A stretch of DNA of 64,000 nucleotides from Lingula anatina (Eukaryota > Animalia > Brachiopoda), in assembly GCA_051362555.1 (NCBI GenBank), contig CM120647.1, positions 19,878,651 through 19,942,650 on the forward strand, in the 5' to 3' direction. Shown here piece by piece: positions 39,468-51,585 of the stretch. Each line of letters opens with the position of its first letter. The stretch's first letter is position 1. The position numbers and the translations under genes were made by a program. A model generated the notes under the pieces. That model had not been told where the DNA came from. It searched no databases and saw only the letters and a program-made list of their open reading frames with translations.

Positions 39468-40139
39468 CACCCTGAGCTTCAGAGCTAACTTGACACTAAC
39501 CTTTTCACTGTACATAGCCTATCTCCATCGTGTCAAGTAACCTCTGACGAAAATAGTTTGACCTAGTTTATATAAACCAATCAAATCCATGTTTCAAAAT
39601 TTTTCACCAAAGTTTGGTGAAAACGCTGATTGGTTGACCGTCAATCGGCAATCCTCGGCTGATTCCGCAAGCTCCATACTAACAACATAGTTATTGTCGA
39701 GTGCGGAGACATCCGAGTAGTTCCGAGTGTATTACCGTACACAAAGAAAGCAAGGCGAGTGACTACGAAAAAGAATGTGTTAAGTTATCTCTTGATTCTT
39801 TGCAAAATATGAGTAAATCGGAATTGAAACCATAGGGTCTAGCAGTTTGAGGCCCTGCATCATTATCTACTGAGAGACGATGTTATTTGCGTGCTGCCCA
39901 CAGGTTACGGCAAGTCCCTGATATTCAGCCTTATCTTTGATTGGTCCGGATTTGAACAAAGCGCGCTTTGACTCGTTCGCGTTCATTGGCTAGATCGTTT
40001 AATGAGTCATTGAGTGCGGGCTTTTAAATTTGATTGGCGGGCGGCGGAGGCAATCGAATCTGGTCAGAGGTTACTTGACACGATGAAGATAGGCTACAGT
40101 GAAGAGGTTAGTGTCAAGTTAGCTCTGAAGCTCAGGGTG
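39468..40139 (+). mobile_element. 672-bp TIR element with 8-bp TSD; Academ(H)-like deletion derivative
   Basis: GCTAATTC|CACCCTGAGCTTCAGAGCTAACTTGACACTAACC...GGTTAGTGTCAAGTTAGCTCTGAAGCTCAGGGTG|GCTAATTC, with ~80-bp TIRs and an internal helicase fragment. Confidence 0.9.
39821..39926 (+). pseudogene. RecQ-family SF2 helicase N-terminal fragment (motif 0/Q and Walker A)
   Basis: Manual translation: ELKP[7-nt insertion and stop]QFEALHHYLLRDDVICVLPTGYGKSLIF. DVxxVLPTGxGKSL is the RecQ motif I signature. Confidence 0.85.
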
Positions 40140-42087
40140 GCTAATTCACACAGTATGACAACATGTCAAAAAGAACCTAATTCTATATTTAATATTTCAT
40201 GGGAGACCTTCCTGACATCGCTGTCTCATGTGTCACTCTTAATGGCATGGGAGACAGAGCGCAATTTAATTAAAAGTACTTTCTTATCTGAGGAGAAAGT
40301 GAGCCAGCTTGGAGAAGCATCTTGAAGACTTGCACTCTGATAGCATAGGTTATCTTATTGTTAGAAGAGGTACTGTAAACATCTGTATGGAGACCCTGGT
40401 TAGTTTATTATCTAATCTTCACATGTGGTGGGAAGATTTTTTTTCTTTTTTTTAGGTAAATTTTATGGTTGGTTATTTTTGTATTGATCCTTTTTTGTTT
40501 TAAGAATTGATCAGGGATGAGATTTTTCTGACTATTTGCAGATATCCAATTTTTGGGGAGAAAAATATCATTGGCTTAGGCGGACCCCTGGACCCCGACT
40601 TTTTCACTAAATGACAGTGTTATCCCCAAGTGAAAGAGGAGCAATCAAAAGTATCATTTTCTATTAGTGTTTACTAGAACTTAATGACATATCGCATTCT
40701 CCAATGCTTTGGTAATTTTTCATTTTTTCCTATTTCTTTTCAGTTTTTGCCTCTCTTACTTTTCATATGATAACCTTTAATGATAAAAAAGTTAAAGGTC
40801 AGTACTAAGAGAGATTTTTAACCAAGAAATATCAAAGCAAAAAATTTCACTTCAAAGAGAAAAGATATTACGCTTAGACGGTTTGAGTGTGCTCTCGAAG
40901 AAAATAATTAAGCCCAAGCCTTATGACAGAGCAGCTGTTAGGGTTGTTTTCATGTAACACAACCTAGTTTTAATGACATATGGTGTGTATGTCTGTCATT
41001 ATAGTTATTACACAGTAAGTTATGGGAATGATATTTAATGGAAATCCACTTGAGGGTCTTGAAACTGCTCATATCTGCACTATGAAAGAAAAAAAATGAA
41101 TCCTCATTAAGTGTGATTATAAAATTGATACAGTAGCTGGGGGCTTTGAAAGACCTGACATCCTTTTTTTTTTTTCAAGAAATAAGTGTATAATCTATAA
41201 AAGGAATAACAGAATACAGGAAAAGGTGGGGTCACTCGCACCCATGGCTGTAGTATATATGCTGTAACCTATGGACCTAGTGCATTATAAAAAATCAAAG
41301 AGAATTAATAGTATGGAATTACTCCGTGTTATAAGGTAGCGGTTTGTCAATAAGAGGCAGTTAATAAATATTGAACTGGTGGCTGGATTACACCCTGATT
41401 TTCAGAGGTTTCTGGGAGCTCAGTTCTCTACCAGCAGCATATAAACCCCTTTAAATCAGGGTAGTCAAAAGCGATTTTGTTTTTCTAAATTATTTTATTT
41501 TTATATGTCAGTGTACTGCCTGGAAAGGACATAAGAATGTTGATAGTAGAAAAACGAGTTTCCAGAGATCCTCAGGGTGTTGGGGTATAGAGCACTGGGT
41601 ATTTATACTGCAGATGGTACAGGTATTTCACTTCCCGATGTTACTTTGTGTCATAATTGTGGTATATACTGTAGATATATGTGAGTGCAATCAAATTTTG
41701 CAAAAGGCGTTTGAAACAATTTTATTTTTATGTCATTTTCCATATTTTTTTCAGCAAAGTTGTATTACTTTTATATCAACAGTTGTTAGACTGTCAGGTT
41801 TGAAAGGCAGATCATGAACATTGCTGTTTAGTTTGAAACCTGCAGACCATTTAGAAGAGATTTGACCAAATTATTAGACATCACAGCAGGAATTAGAGCT
41901 TAGATTGCAGGCTTGCCGCAGTTTACCTGGAAGAAGCTGTTTCTGTTATTATATAACCCAGATATCAGTCTTCACAATAGGATAATTATTTGGGATAAGA
42001 GGCTGATTACTTTTAACAGTGGGTTTCTGTTTATAGGGTAGCATTTTCTTTTGGAGAAATAAGACTTTTCAAAATTTATTAATCATT

Positions 42088-42126
<39 letters not shown>

Positions 42127-42485
42127 TTTTCTTTTATTAAAAAACTTTTAGAAGCACCTTAATTGTGCACTTGACAGACATTTACTTGTACAGAAATTAC
42201 AGCATCAAATGTTTTCATCATTGTACAGTTTGTCTTGACCAGTGTCCTTCCAGTTGGTCTGTCAATTGCATGGTCAGTCAATAATGATGACTGCCAGACA
42301 GTTACATCAAGAGAGAATTAATTCATATGTCGTGACTGCTCTCAGGGAAAACGATTCTGTAGTGTGACAATTAAGGGTGAAGACAGTGGAACACTTGTGT
42401 GGGTGAATAGTGGATGGTGTACATGGAGCTGGAGACAGCTAATTAAAGGACTGTCACTGGAGACTCCAGACACAAGGATGGTCTT

Positions 42486-42521
42486 GTTGACATGGTAACG
42501 GTAGTAACACTCCATGGTAAC
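42486..42521. promoter_or_regulatory. Two adjacent X-box-like (RFX) motifs
   Basis: GTTGACATGGTAAC (42486-42499) and ACTCCATGGTAAC (42509-42521). Confidence 0.35.
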
Positions 42522-43777
42522 AGCCAAGAATTTATATGTATTGTGAAATGTAACTAAGAGACGAATTTGGAAGTTATTCCTAAGTTATATACAAGCATGT
42601 TAAGTTTTCATGAGAGAAACTCAAAGACAACTGTAACAGTTCATATAACATATTTTATACAGTGTGTTGCCGAAACAAGATACATGATACTGTGACTTCA
42701 GGTGACTTCAAATGATAATTTCTCAGCACAGATTGAGTTGTTAAATCACCGCGCATGCATTCTGGCTGACAGCGCAACTCACCTGAGCTGTTACCTTCAG
42801 CCTGTGTTGTACACCAAATAGAATCTAAATCTTTTCCAAGTACAGAGTTAAGATTTATGAAAATTGATCAGCAGCTGAATCATTTATTACAAAGACATAA
42901 CATCAGGATTGGTGACGATTTCTTACATGCTTCTTACGGTGACAACCCATTCATGTATCAGTAGCGTCATTAAATATTGAACGTGTCACAAAGTTCACGG
43001 CATTGTGAAGCCCACTTAGTGCGATGTGACAGGCTTTATTGGCAGGAGAAAAGACAGATTATGACTCTCCACTTTTTATTCTCGGAGGGTCCGCAATCGG
43101 TAATTTTCAACCAGGGGCCAGGCTGGTTGACAACATCATGCATTTCTGTGCAAAAAATCTCATTGGACAGCACAGAATTGTACACAGAATTAGCTAGAGA
43201 AATTATTGTGAATATTTAGTGAAAAAAAATATTTCTGACTCTGGTGGAAGGTAGACAGACAGCCAGCAATTCTAAATTAACTGATGTATCTGCGTGTTCA
43301 CAGGATTGGAAAATGAAATCAGAGTTGAATAGAAGATCGGTGTGTAGTGATACAAATGAATACTGCATGTATCTCTTCATTTCTGATCTGGCCCATGACT
43401 TGAATGGTACCTTGATTTGCTAATCATGTGCTGACTGCAAAATTACAGTTTGAGGTTTAACAACGGCTGGACACTGACCAAAATGTGGACAATTTACAAG
43501 AAACTTCATCTGTGAACTAGCTGGCAACTCAGCCGTGGAAAATTGCTATTAAACTGCAGTTTGGTGATTGTCAATTTGAAAAACTATTTAAGCTGCAAAA
43601 TCTGCAACACTCATTTTGCGTGTTGTTGTTCTCAGCATGTTGTCTACAGTGGCGTGACGTGTTCAGTATCCATAGACGCTTCTTCTATGTATATGATTAT
43701 ATACTGGCATATTTATATAAATAATCCATTTTAACATTGAGAAGACACTGGCCAGGACTTCTGTTTTCCTCTATTAG

Positions 43778-43834
43778 TGTTGAACTGCCTGCATGGATGA
43801 GCTGATCAGTCCAAGCTTAAGCTTACAGACAGGG
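43778..43834 (+). CDS. Candidate short start-codon exon (MDELISPSLSLQTG from 43793)
   Basis: Acceptor TTCTGTTTTCCTCTATTAG|, in-frame stop at 43781, ATG at 43793, donor GGG|GTATGT in phase 0. Confidence 0.3.
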
Positions 43835-43891
43835 GTATGTAATTTTATTGTCTTACATTATTTACTTTGACTCAGTGTTCTTAAGTCAGTT

Positions 43892-43924
<33 letters not shown>

Positions 43925-46522
43925 TTGGGTATGAAAGCTGTTGAAGCTTATTTCATTTGACCACGATGCTTTCGTTGAAAGGCTGCGCGGATGTGTGGGC
44001 ATGTATGCATGTGGTTGCAGGTCTGACATGTGTGTGTGTGTGTATGTGTGTATTCAAAGGAGGGGCAGCTAGTGTCTTGGTTTTAATTTTGTCATTAAAT
44101 TTTATTTCTTTTCAGGATATTTCCTATTATGTGATATTGTCTTTCAGAGTTTTGAGCTGTAATATCTGTCTTAATTTTTGGACAGTAATGACAGGTGTCT
44201 GATAATAATAATAATAATAATTATTATTATTATTATTATTATTATTTCTAATCAGTTGTAATATGTTGATAAAATGCTGGATTTAATTCTGTTAAAAAAA
44301 AAAAAAAAAACAATTTTGTGCCATAAATAAAAAGATCATTAACATGTGGAAGAACTTATTTAAAATGAAGTGGCTGATTCAGATGCTTTGTAAAATAATT
44401 AAAGCTTTAATGTTTTTCTTGAAGGATATCAGTTAAGGATGTTTTTATTATAACAGAGAAACAGGTAATTATTAAGAAAAAAATATGTCATTGAAAATAG
44501 AACTGCATGAGTTTTCAATCTTTCAAAGGATTAAAATAAAAAAAGAATTCCTTTTAAGTGTTTAACCCATCTTGCCTGGCTAATCTGCAAAATTGAACTA
44601 GTTCGTCTTTGGTATTTGTAATCACTTTTTATAGCGTGGGTTAAAGAAGTTTTTGTTAACATATCTTCCATCTCGGCTGACCTTTGGATCAAAAAATCTC
44701 AGCGGGGGATTTTTGTTCTGTGTGAGACCATGCTAGAATGTATTACGTACTCTGCCATTACGCAACTGTTTATAGTTTCTGTTTCAACAGCCCGGAGCAG
44801 GGTTTTTACCATATTCAGGTAAAATAACATTGAAAGAGGGAAGAGGAAATGTGACACAGGTAGCACTTCTGGCCAGAATTTGAAGTCTGACTAAAACGTC
44901 TATTGCTTTGGGGGAAAGTTTCACTGCTTTCAGTTGCAAAAACAACTGGGCTGTCAAAAAAAAAAAAAAAAAAAAAAAAGGAAGAAAAAAAAAAGAAACC
45001 TGAGTGATAGTAATGCATGCCTCGTTAGGGATTTTAAATGAATTGAGTGTGATTTTGTTTTGTAGTTCAATTATATGTAGTTATGAGAAATTTCAGTATC
45101 TGGTCTGAATCACATAAATTGGCGAATCAAATAAATAGATAAATAAATAAATAAATAAATAAATAGGTAGATATTTTGTGATACATGATATTTACTGAAA
45201 AAGTTTTGATGCCGAAGTGGACTCAGAAAAAAGATTTTGTTTGCCTTTTCATACATTCTGTGTCTGTAAAAAAATAAATAAATAAATAAATAAAAGATTC
45301 ATTATCTTGATATGTCAGATTCATTTATAACTTATCACAAATTATTTTTTTAGATTCACTTTTTTGTTCTGTTTCATTTTGTGTTTTTGTTGTATTGCGT
45401 GGTCTCTGTGGTGATGCATTTTCCACTGTAGTATTGACAAACCAGACATGATAGGTAGAGTACTTACGCGGCAATTTAGATTTTAACAGTCTTAACAGTC
45501 TGATGCATTAGTGTGAAAACAGTGAAATTATCGCTAATATTTGATTGTCCAATTTGTCACAACAGGCTTTTATCACACACGACGCTAATAGTTTCGCTAA
45601 GGCAATTGCTTAAAATTCGTCTGGTGATTCATTGATTTTTGTCATAGAGTTGACAGATGTATTGTTGGTAATCATAATGCATGTGTTATATTGTTAGGTT
45701 GAGTGTCTGGTAGTATTATGTGTCCATCTGTCTTTTTTTCTTCTTTCATTTAATATCCAATAATTATGCTAGCATTAGCCTTTCGTTTATCAGCATAGTC
45801 CATAGATCTTTTATTTATTTATTTGTTTATTCAATTTTTTGATTGTTTGATTGTTTGTCCTAAACAGAAAGCGCATATTCATTTTTTTGTGGAGACTATT
45901 GAAAACCAATCTATTCAGGTACCAGTACATTAGTAATTTAGGCAAGGACAAATTGAAATTTATGAAAGATACTGTAAATTTTTGTTGCTTCTACAAATAC
46001 CTGTAGATGACATTGGAAAATTTCTGACGTAATTATTGCACATACTGGAATTATAATTCATTAATTGTTTCATAAATAATTTTGTTAATATTCTGATTTA
46101 TAAGATGAATAGAAAATATAATTTTTTTTTTTTTTTTTTTTTTTTTTTTGAAAAAGAAAATTGAATTGGAAATCTTAAAAAGACAATGACTGAAGTAAAA
46201 CTGACTGCTTTTACTTCATTGTTACATTCAAATATAAATATAACATAAACGAAAAAAAAAAAAAAAAAAGAAAGAAAAAAAGACAAAGACTCTCTAAGCC
46301 TTGTATTGACAAAAGTTTTTGTAACAATCCATGCACAAGAGATTAAGAAAATCACCCTTCAGCATCACTTAGGTTTCAACAGCCATTCTCTTGAATTCGG
46401 AATTATTTGGAGAGGGGGAAAAAACAGAACTGAAGAATTGAGCTTCTCCTTGCCCACTTGAGCACGCAACTCAGATGACTTAACAAGTTGCGTTGATAAG
46501 AATGAATTAATAGACTGCTTTA

Positions 46523-47079
46523 GAGCGCATTCTCAACGAATTAAGCCAGGCTTTACAAAGCCGGTGACCTAAAAATGGCGGACGTACATGAAAGAAAAAC
46601 CGCCTAATCTTTTAATAGTCTCTCCGCCTCTCACACGCCTCCCCACACGTCGTCCCTGCGGGGTACAGTAATTAAATCTCGGCTCCGAACATTAATATTT
46701 CCGTGAATATCTCTGGTGATATTATCTCCGTAGATAGTCGATTCATTGCTGCTCTACGGGCCAAATTATTCCTTTTTCGTCTCTGTTTTCAAAGATAATA
46801 GAACAGAAGAGCTTTTTTCCTTCGATCGCCTTCATCCGCCATGCTTTCTTCACCACGAGTTTAACTGATGAGCATGCGCACTTAATATTTCTCAGGTAGC
46901 TTCCGCATGGCGAACGGAGACGAGATTTAATTACTGTACCCCGCAGGGACGACGTGTGGGGAGGCGTGTGAGAGGCGGAGAGACTATTAAAAGATTAGGA
47001 GGTTTTTCTTTCATGTACGTCCGCCATTTTTAGGTCACCGGCTTTGTAAAGCCTGGCTTAATTCGTTGAGAATGCGCTC
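46523..47079. mobile_element. Young PIF/Harbinger-type MITE, ~165-bp near-perfect TIRs, TTA TSD
   Basis: TTA|GAGCGCATTCTCAACGAATTAAGCC...GGCTTAATTCGTTGAGAATGCGCTC|TTA. I count two mismatches between the arms. Confidence 0.93.
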
Positions 47080-47663
47080 TTAGAACTCTCTTCTTGTATC
47101 AGATTGAAGTCTTCTGGTGATGATTTTGTTGTTTAAAGCGACTCTATAGTTGCAAGGTAAACACTACACCTGACAGGGGAGAGTTAATCCCCAGACTTAA
47201 GCCCTTGAATTGTCTCCCCACACTTAATCTTTTTGCACCCTGTGCTTTTGCAGTTATTTTTATTATCAGGGTTGTGAGGATGGAATTACGTGGGAGAATG
47301 AGATGAGAGGTTTCTGATGGCCCCTGTTGTCAAGCTAGCCTTTTTTTTTTTTTTTTGGGGGGGGGGTCATGTAAAACAGGTTTAAAAGGACTTGGCTGCT
47401 AAGACATCATCATTATTATTGTTGTTGTTGTTGTTGTTGTTGTTGTTATCTGTGTATGTGCGTACATGTGCAAGTGAAATGAAAGAAGAGGAGGCATATT
47501 GAATAACAGAAATGTTCTTCTCCTGTCTCTCTGCTAGGATTAAGAACACACCTGCCTTCTAAAATCTCCTTATCTTCTAGAATCGTCATCTTTAGTCTGC
47601 ATGCCATGATCTTTAAGGTGGTAGCTTATAATAATCTCCATAATTATTGTCTTCTGCCATGTT

Positions 47664-47831
47664 CAGGGGCGGATCCAGAGATATTTTCTGACAGTCTTCC
47701 AAATTATTTTTGTTAATCCATCCTCCATTTTTGACCGTCTTCCGACAGAAAATATTAGATACCCGTCAATGTAAACTTTAAAATCTGACCGTCTTCCGGA
47801 AGACCCAGAAGACGGCCGAAATCCGCCCCTG
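47664..47831 (-). mobile_element. MITE family B, 5-bp TSD ATGTT
   Basis: ATGTT|CAGGGGCGGAT...ATCCGCCCCTG|ATGTT. Confidence 0.95.
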
Positions 47832-47990
47832 ATGTTTCATGAGCAACAGATTAACTGTCAATAAGTTTGATTACTGGGACAAATGTCCCTGAATGCAATC
47901 AGAATAACTGACTTACACACCTCTCACATAATCACCAGCTTCTCTGTATTTTACTTTGAATGCCAGGACGAGGCATGTTCGAGGCTATTG

Positions 47991-48163
47991 CTGGGGTGGC
48001 ACTAACAATTTTTTTCATTTAGCCAAATTTCTACTTTTTCATCCCTTTTTTGTCCAAATGGTTTAATTTTGACTAAAATCAGTCAAATTAACCCTATTTT
48101 GTTTAGCCAAAGTCAGTCAGTTTTAGCATTTGGCTAAATTGGCGAGTGTTAGCGCTACCCCAG
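47991..48163. mobile_element. MITE with CTGGGGT(G/A)GC(A/G)CTAACA TIR
   Basis: TATTG|CTGGGGTGGCACTAACA...TGTTAGCGCTACCCCAG|CATTG (4/5 TSD match). Internal TTTAGCCAAA motifs in both orientations. Confidence 0.8.
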
Positions 48164-49414
48164 CATTGCAACTTTTATTTCATTCCCAGCAGCCCTGAAT
48201 TCCCTGTCCAGTCGCCTGTCACGGTGTTTCTGGTGGTTTTATTAATTTGTCATTAAACATGGGGGTAGGTGGGTGAGTGTGTCTTCAGGTTTCAATCATT
48301 TGTCTCTTATTGGCTTGGACATGTCTTTAGAGTTGAATTATTTATGTAATATTGGAAGAGGTTATGTCCTTGGCGTTAAGTTATTAACCTAACATCAGAA
48401 GTCAATCGGGAATCATGGACATCTAATTATTTTTCAATCTTGGAATATGGATTTGGTGGCCAGGGATGCCATTTAACACTGCTCAGAGTTCAGTTATTTA
48501 TTAACACTGAGCAAAAATATAAACACCCCATGTGAAAGATTTATGTAACATGTAATGGGCTATGGACAGTAATCTGTAACATACTGAACAACAAAATTCA
48601 CTTTGTATGATTTAAAATATGAATAACACTTAATTCTAAAAAAAAACAAACTAAAGTATTGCGTGGAGCATTTATATATCGTAAAGTACTGAAATTATAT
48701 AAATTAGTGATATGGAAGTTTTCTTTCTTTTTTTTTTTTCAATCTTCTCAATTCTTATATTCTACCAAAATGCATCTGCTGTTTCCAAGACAGTCTTCTA
48801 CATCCTCGGTTTTTCAAGTACCCTAGCTCTGACCAGTACAGCCAGTACACATGTCCTGCTAGAGTTTAAGAACACATCCACATAACTGTTAATATAGTAT
48901 ATAATACCTATGGGAAAAAAACAGCCGGACTCGATCTGTAGGTCATTCTGAGGGTATTGATACAAACAGGGTGTGATAATCTCTGTTGTTGTTGTTGTCT
49001 CATGTTGCAGTTAGTCAAACAGGGAGGCTATAATTATTATTACATTTATAGCTGATTGATTTGGTTGTCCTGAGAATGAGGGTGATAGAAATGACAATGG
49101 AGGGCTATTTTTCAGGGGGAATTTGCTTGTTTGTGTGTGCATGTGTTGGTGTGGACATGTGTACACAATTTGTGTGTACTTGTGTGTGTGTGTGTGTGCA
49201 TGCACATAGATATGTGCATATGTGAGTGTGCACATGCACAAGTATGTATTTGGATATGTGTGTATCATGTATGTGAGCGGGCACATGTGTATGTATTATA
49301 ATTATTTCATATAAATTCACAAATATATATATATTCAAGTTATAATTTAATATCTATATTCAAGTTATAAACATATCTGTTTATTCTACTAGGTATCCCC
49401 CCCTCCTCCCCCCC

Positions 49415-49445
<31 letters not shown>

Positions 49446-49803
49446 AGCATGCAGTATGTACCTGTATTTAAAAATTCATCAAAGGATAAAACAAATCATT
49501 TCAAGTGAATAAAATAATTATCAAAATTTTTGAATTGCCAGGAAGTCATTGATTTGTCATTGTGTTTTGACTGGGTAGAAACAAAAGGTATTACACTGAT
49601 TCCAGTGCAAAGTTTTACATGGCTGGCCAAAGTGAATAGTTTGTATGTTGTTATATGAATTATAATCAATAAGGTCACAGAGTTGGGACTTACACATCCT
49701 TATGTAATATCAACATAAGACTTGACAGACACTCTTTGTAGTTATAGGAATTATATGTACCATTGTTATCTATATATAGATTTCTTTATCCAGGCTTCAT
49801 TGC

Positions 49804-49983
49804 CAGGCCTGTAGATGTAGCCAGCAATTTCAAAGGGGGGAGGGACTTTTTTTCTGAAAAAGTGGACTTTTTGCCATGAAACCTTCATATACCTTTATCA
49901 GAATAAACCCAGATTAGATCCCTTTCCCTTAAAAAAATGGTGGTTAGAACACCCTGAACCCCCCCCCCCCCCCCTCAGACCTG
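49804..49983 (-). mobile_element. MITE family A copy
   Basis: CAGGCCTGTAGATGTAGCCAGCAATTTCAAAGGGG...CTGAAAAAGTGGACTTTT...CAGACCTG, flanks ATTGC / AATGC. Confidence 0.8.
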
Positions 49984-50035
49984 AATGCAAACCAAGCTAT
50001 TTTACAGTCCTCTCCATGTACAGTTAATGCTGAGG

Positions 50036-50238
50036 TAGGGGTCTATAGTCAGCTGTTGGGGGGGGGGGGGGGAGTTGAATAACTGCTCTTTTTGCCATTA
50101 AATGTCCAATCCAAGTCAGAATTTGGTCAGCAGCAGGTGGGTTCAGTGCCATCTCTCAGATAGGGTCAGCTTAGGGGTAAAATTGCTGCACCTTTTCAGA
50201 AATAAGAATGCCCCTTCAGAATTATTGGCTACATGCCT
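50036..50238 (+). mobile_element. Degenerate MITE family A copy, inverted relative to its neighbour
   Basis: CTATAGTCAG..poly-G..CTTTTTGCC...CCTTTTCAGAAATAAGAATGCCCCTTCAGAATTATTGGCTACATGCCT. Confidence 0.55.
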
Positions 50239-51332
50239 CAATACTGTGTTTTGAAAAAAAAAATGTGTTAGGAGGGGTAAGCTGGGAAGTGCTGAACTGT
50301 TACTCTTTGAAGTAAAAAATAGACTTGGTTCTTGGAAGAAGAAAAAAAGTCAGGCAAAGTGTTTGTTTCACCAGACTCAGATGCAACTAGATTCCACTTA
50401 ATTGTACTTTTTGAGTAGTTGAAGTTTAACTTTTTTTTTTACTTCTTCAAGAGTCTCCGTTCTTGGCCTTCTCTTCTTTCCAAAGCCAACAAAAAACGAC
50501 AAACTTACAATTATAATGAACACATTTTTAATGAAACCCTTTAATTCATACTCCCCCCCCCCCTTGATTTTAAGCCATGAGAAATTGTCACATTGATATG
50601 AAATCTGTCACACTTATTTGACAAAGTATATAAAGTTAATCTCTCTTGTCACTGTATGAGGTGTTATATATTTTGTAAGACAACAGATTTTGTCTAAAAT
50701 TAGATGCACAGTGTTTTTTTTCTTTTGTTTACATTTGTGTTGATTCTTTATCTTAAGTCAAGCAGTTATATACATAGCCCTATGTTTACATAGCCCTTTT
50801 TTGAAAAGTCATCAAAAATCAGCTTTCTTTACAGCTTTTTTTTCTTTTCCTTTTCCTTTCTAAAACACAATCATACATGTGTGTGCCGCATCAATTATCC
50901 AGCTGTTTTTTAAAGTAGATTCAATTGTCGTCTGATTTTTAAAACTCACTGGTGGTCTAAATCTAGGTTTAATTGTACCCATAAAATATTCGTACATGAG
51001 AGGTTATGGCAGATTTAGACAGCCATCGAACATGTTATGTCACTCTCCTACTTCTCCTTAAATGAGCGTCTCTGTTTGGTTAGTCTTATTACTGTAGCAG
51101 TGTATATTGAAACAGATTTTAATGTGCTGTAAAATACAGTCTGGGGGGTGTTGTGCAACTGTGTTTATCTTTAGTGAACAAAAATAATCGCCCATTATAA
51201 TTTTGAAATTCTGTTTGAATAAACATAAGAAGGGTTTGGGTAGCATTTTCTATGATGAAAAAAAAAGATTGTGCTTTTCAGTCATGTAAGTCGAACTCCG
51301 TTTTTTTCTGTCACTTTTTTGTGTTACTAAAT

Positions 51333-51396
<64 letters not shown>

Positions 51397-51398
<2 letters not shown>

Positions 51399-51585
51399 GG
51401 CCCGTAGTCAGCGGGGTTCTGGGGAAAGAACCACCCCTTTTGCTGGAAAAAGGTCTGCTCTGGGTGAAATTGGATCTACAGGTAGCTACACCAGAGTTTG
51501 ATGGCAAAAGGTCCACTTTTTTCAGAAAAAGACCTCCCCCCCCCCCCCATACACACACACCTTGACATTGCTGGGTAATGGCCTG
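51397..51585 (+). mobile_element. MITE family A inserted in (CT)n
   Basis: CTCTC|CAGGCCCGTAGTCAG...CTGGGTAATGGCCTG|CTCTC. Confidence 0.85.

Noticed and set aside
40014-40325. 103-aa ORF
   Set aside because: It runs through the TIR and TSD of the Academ-like element into flanking DNA, and has a non-ATG start.
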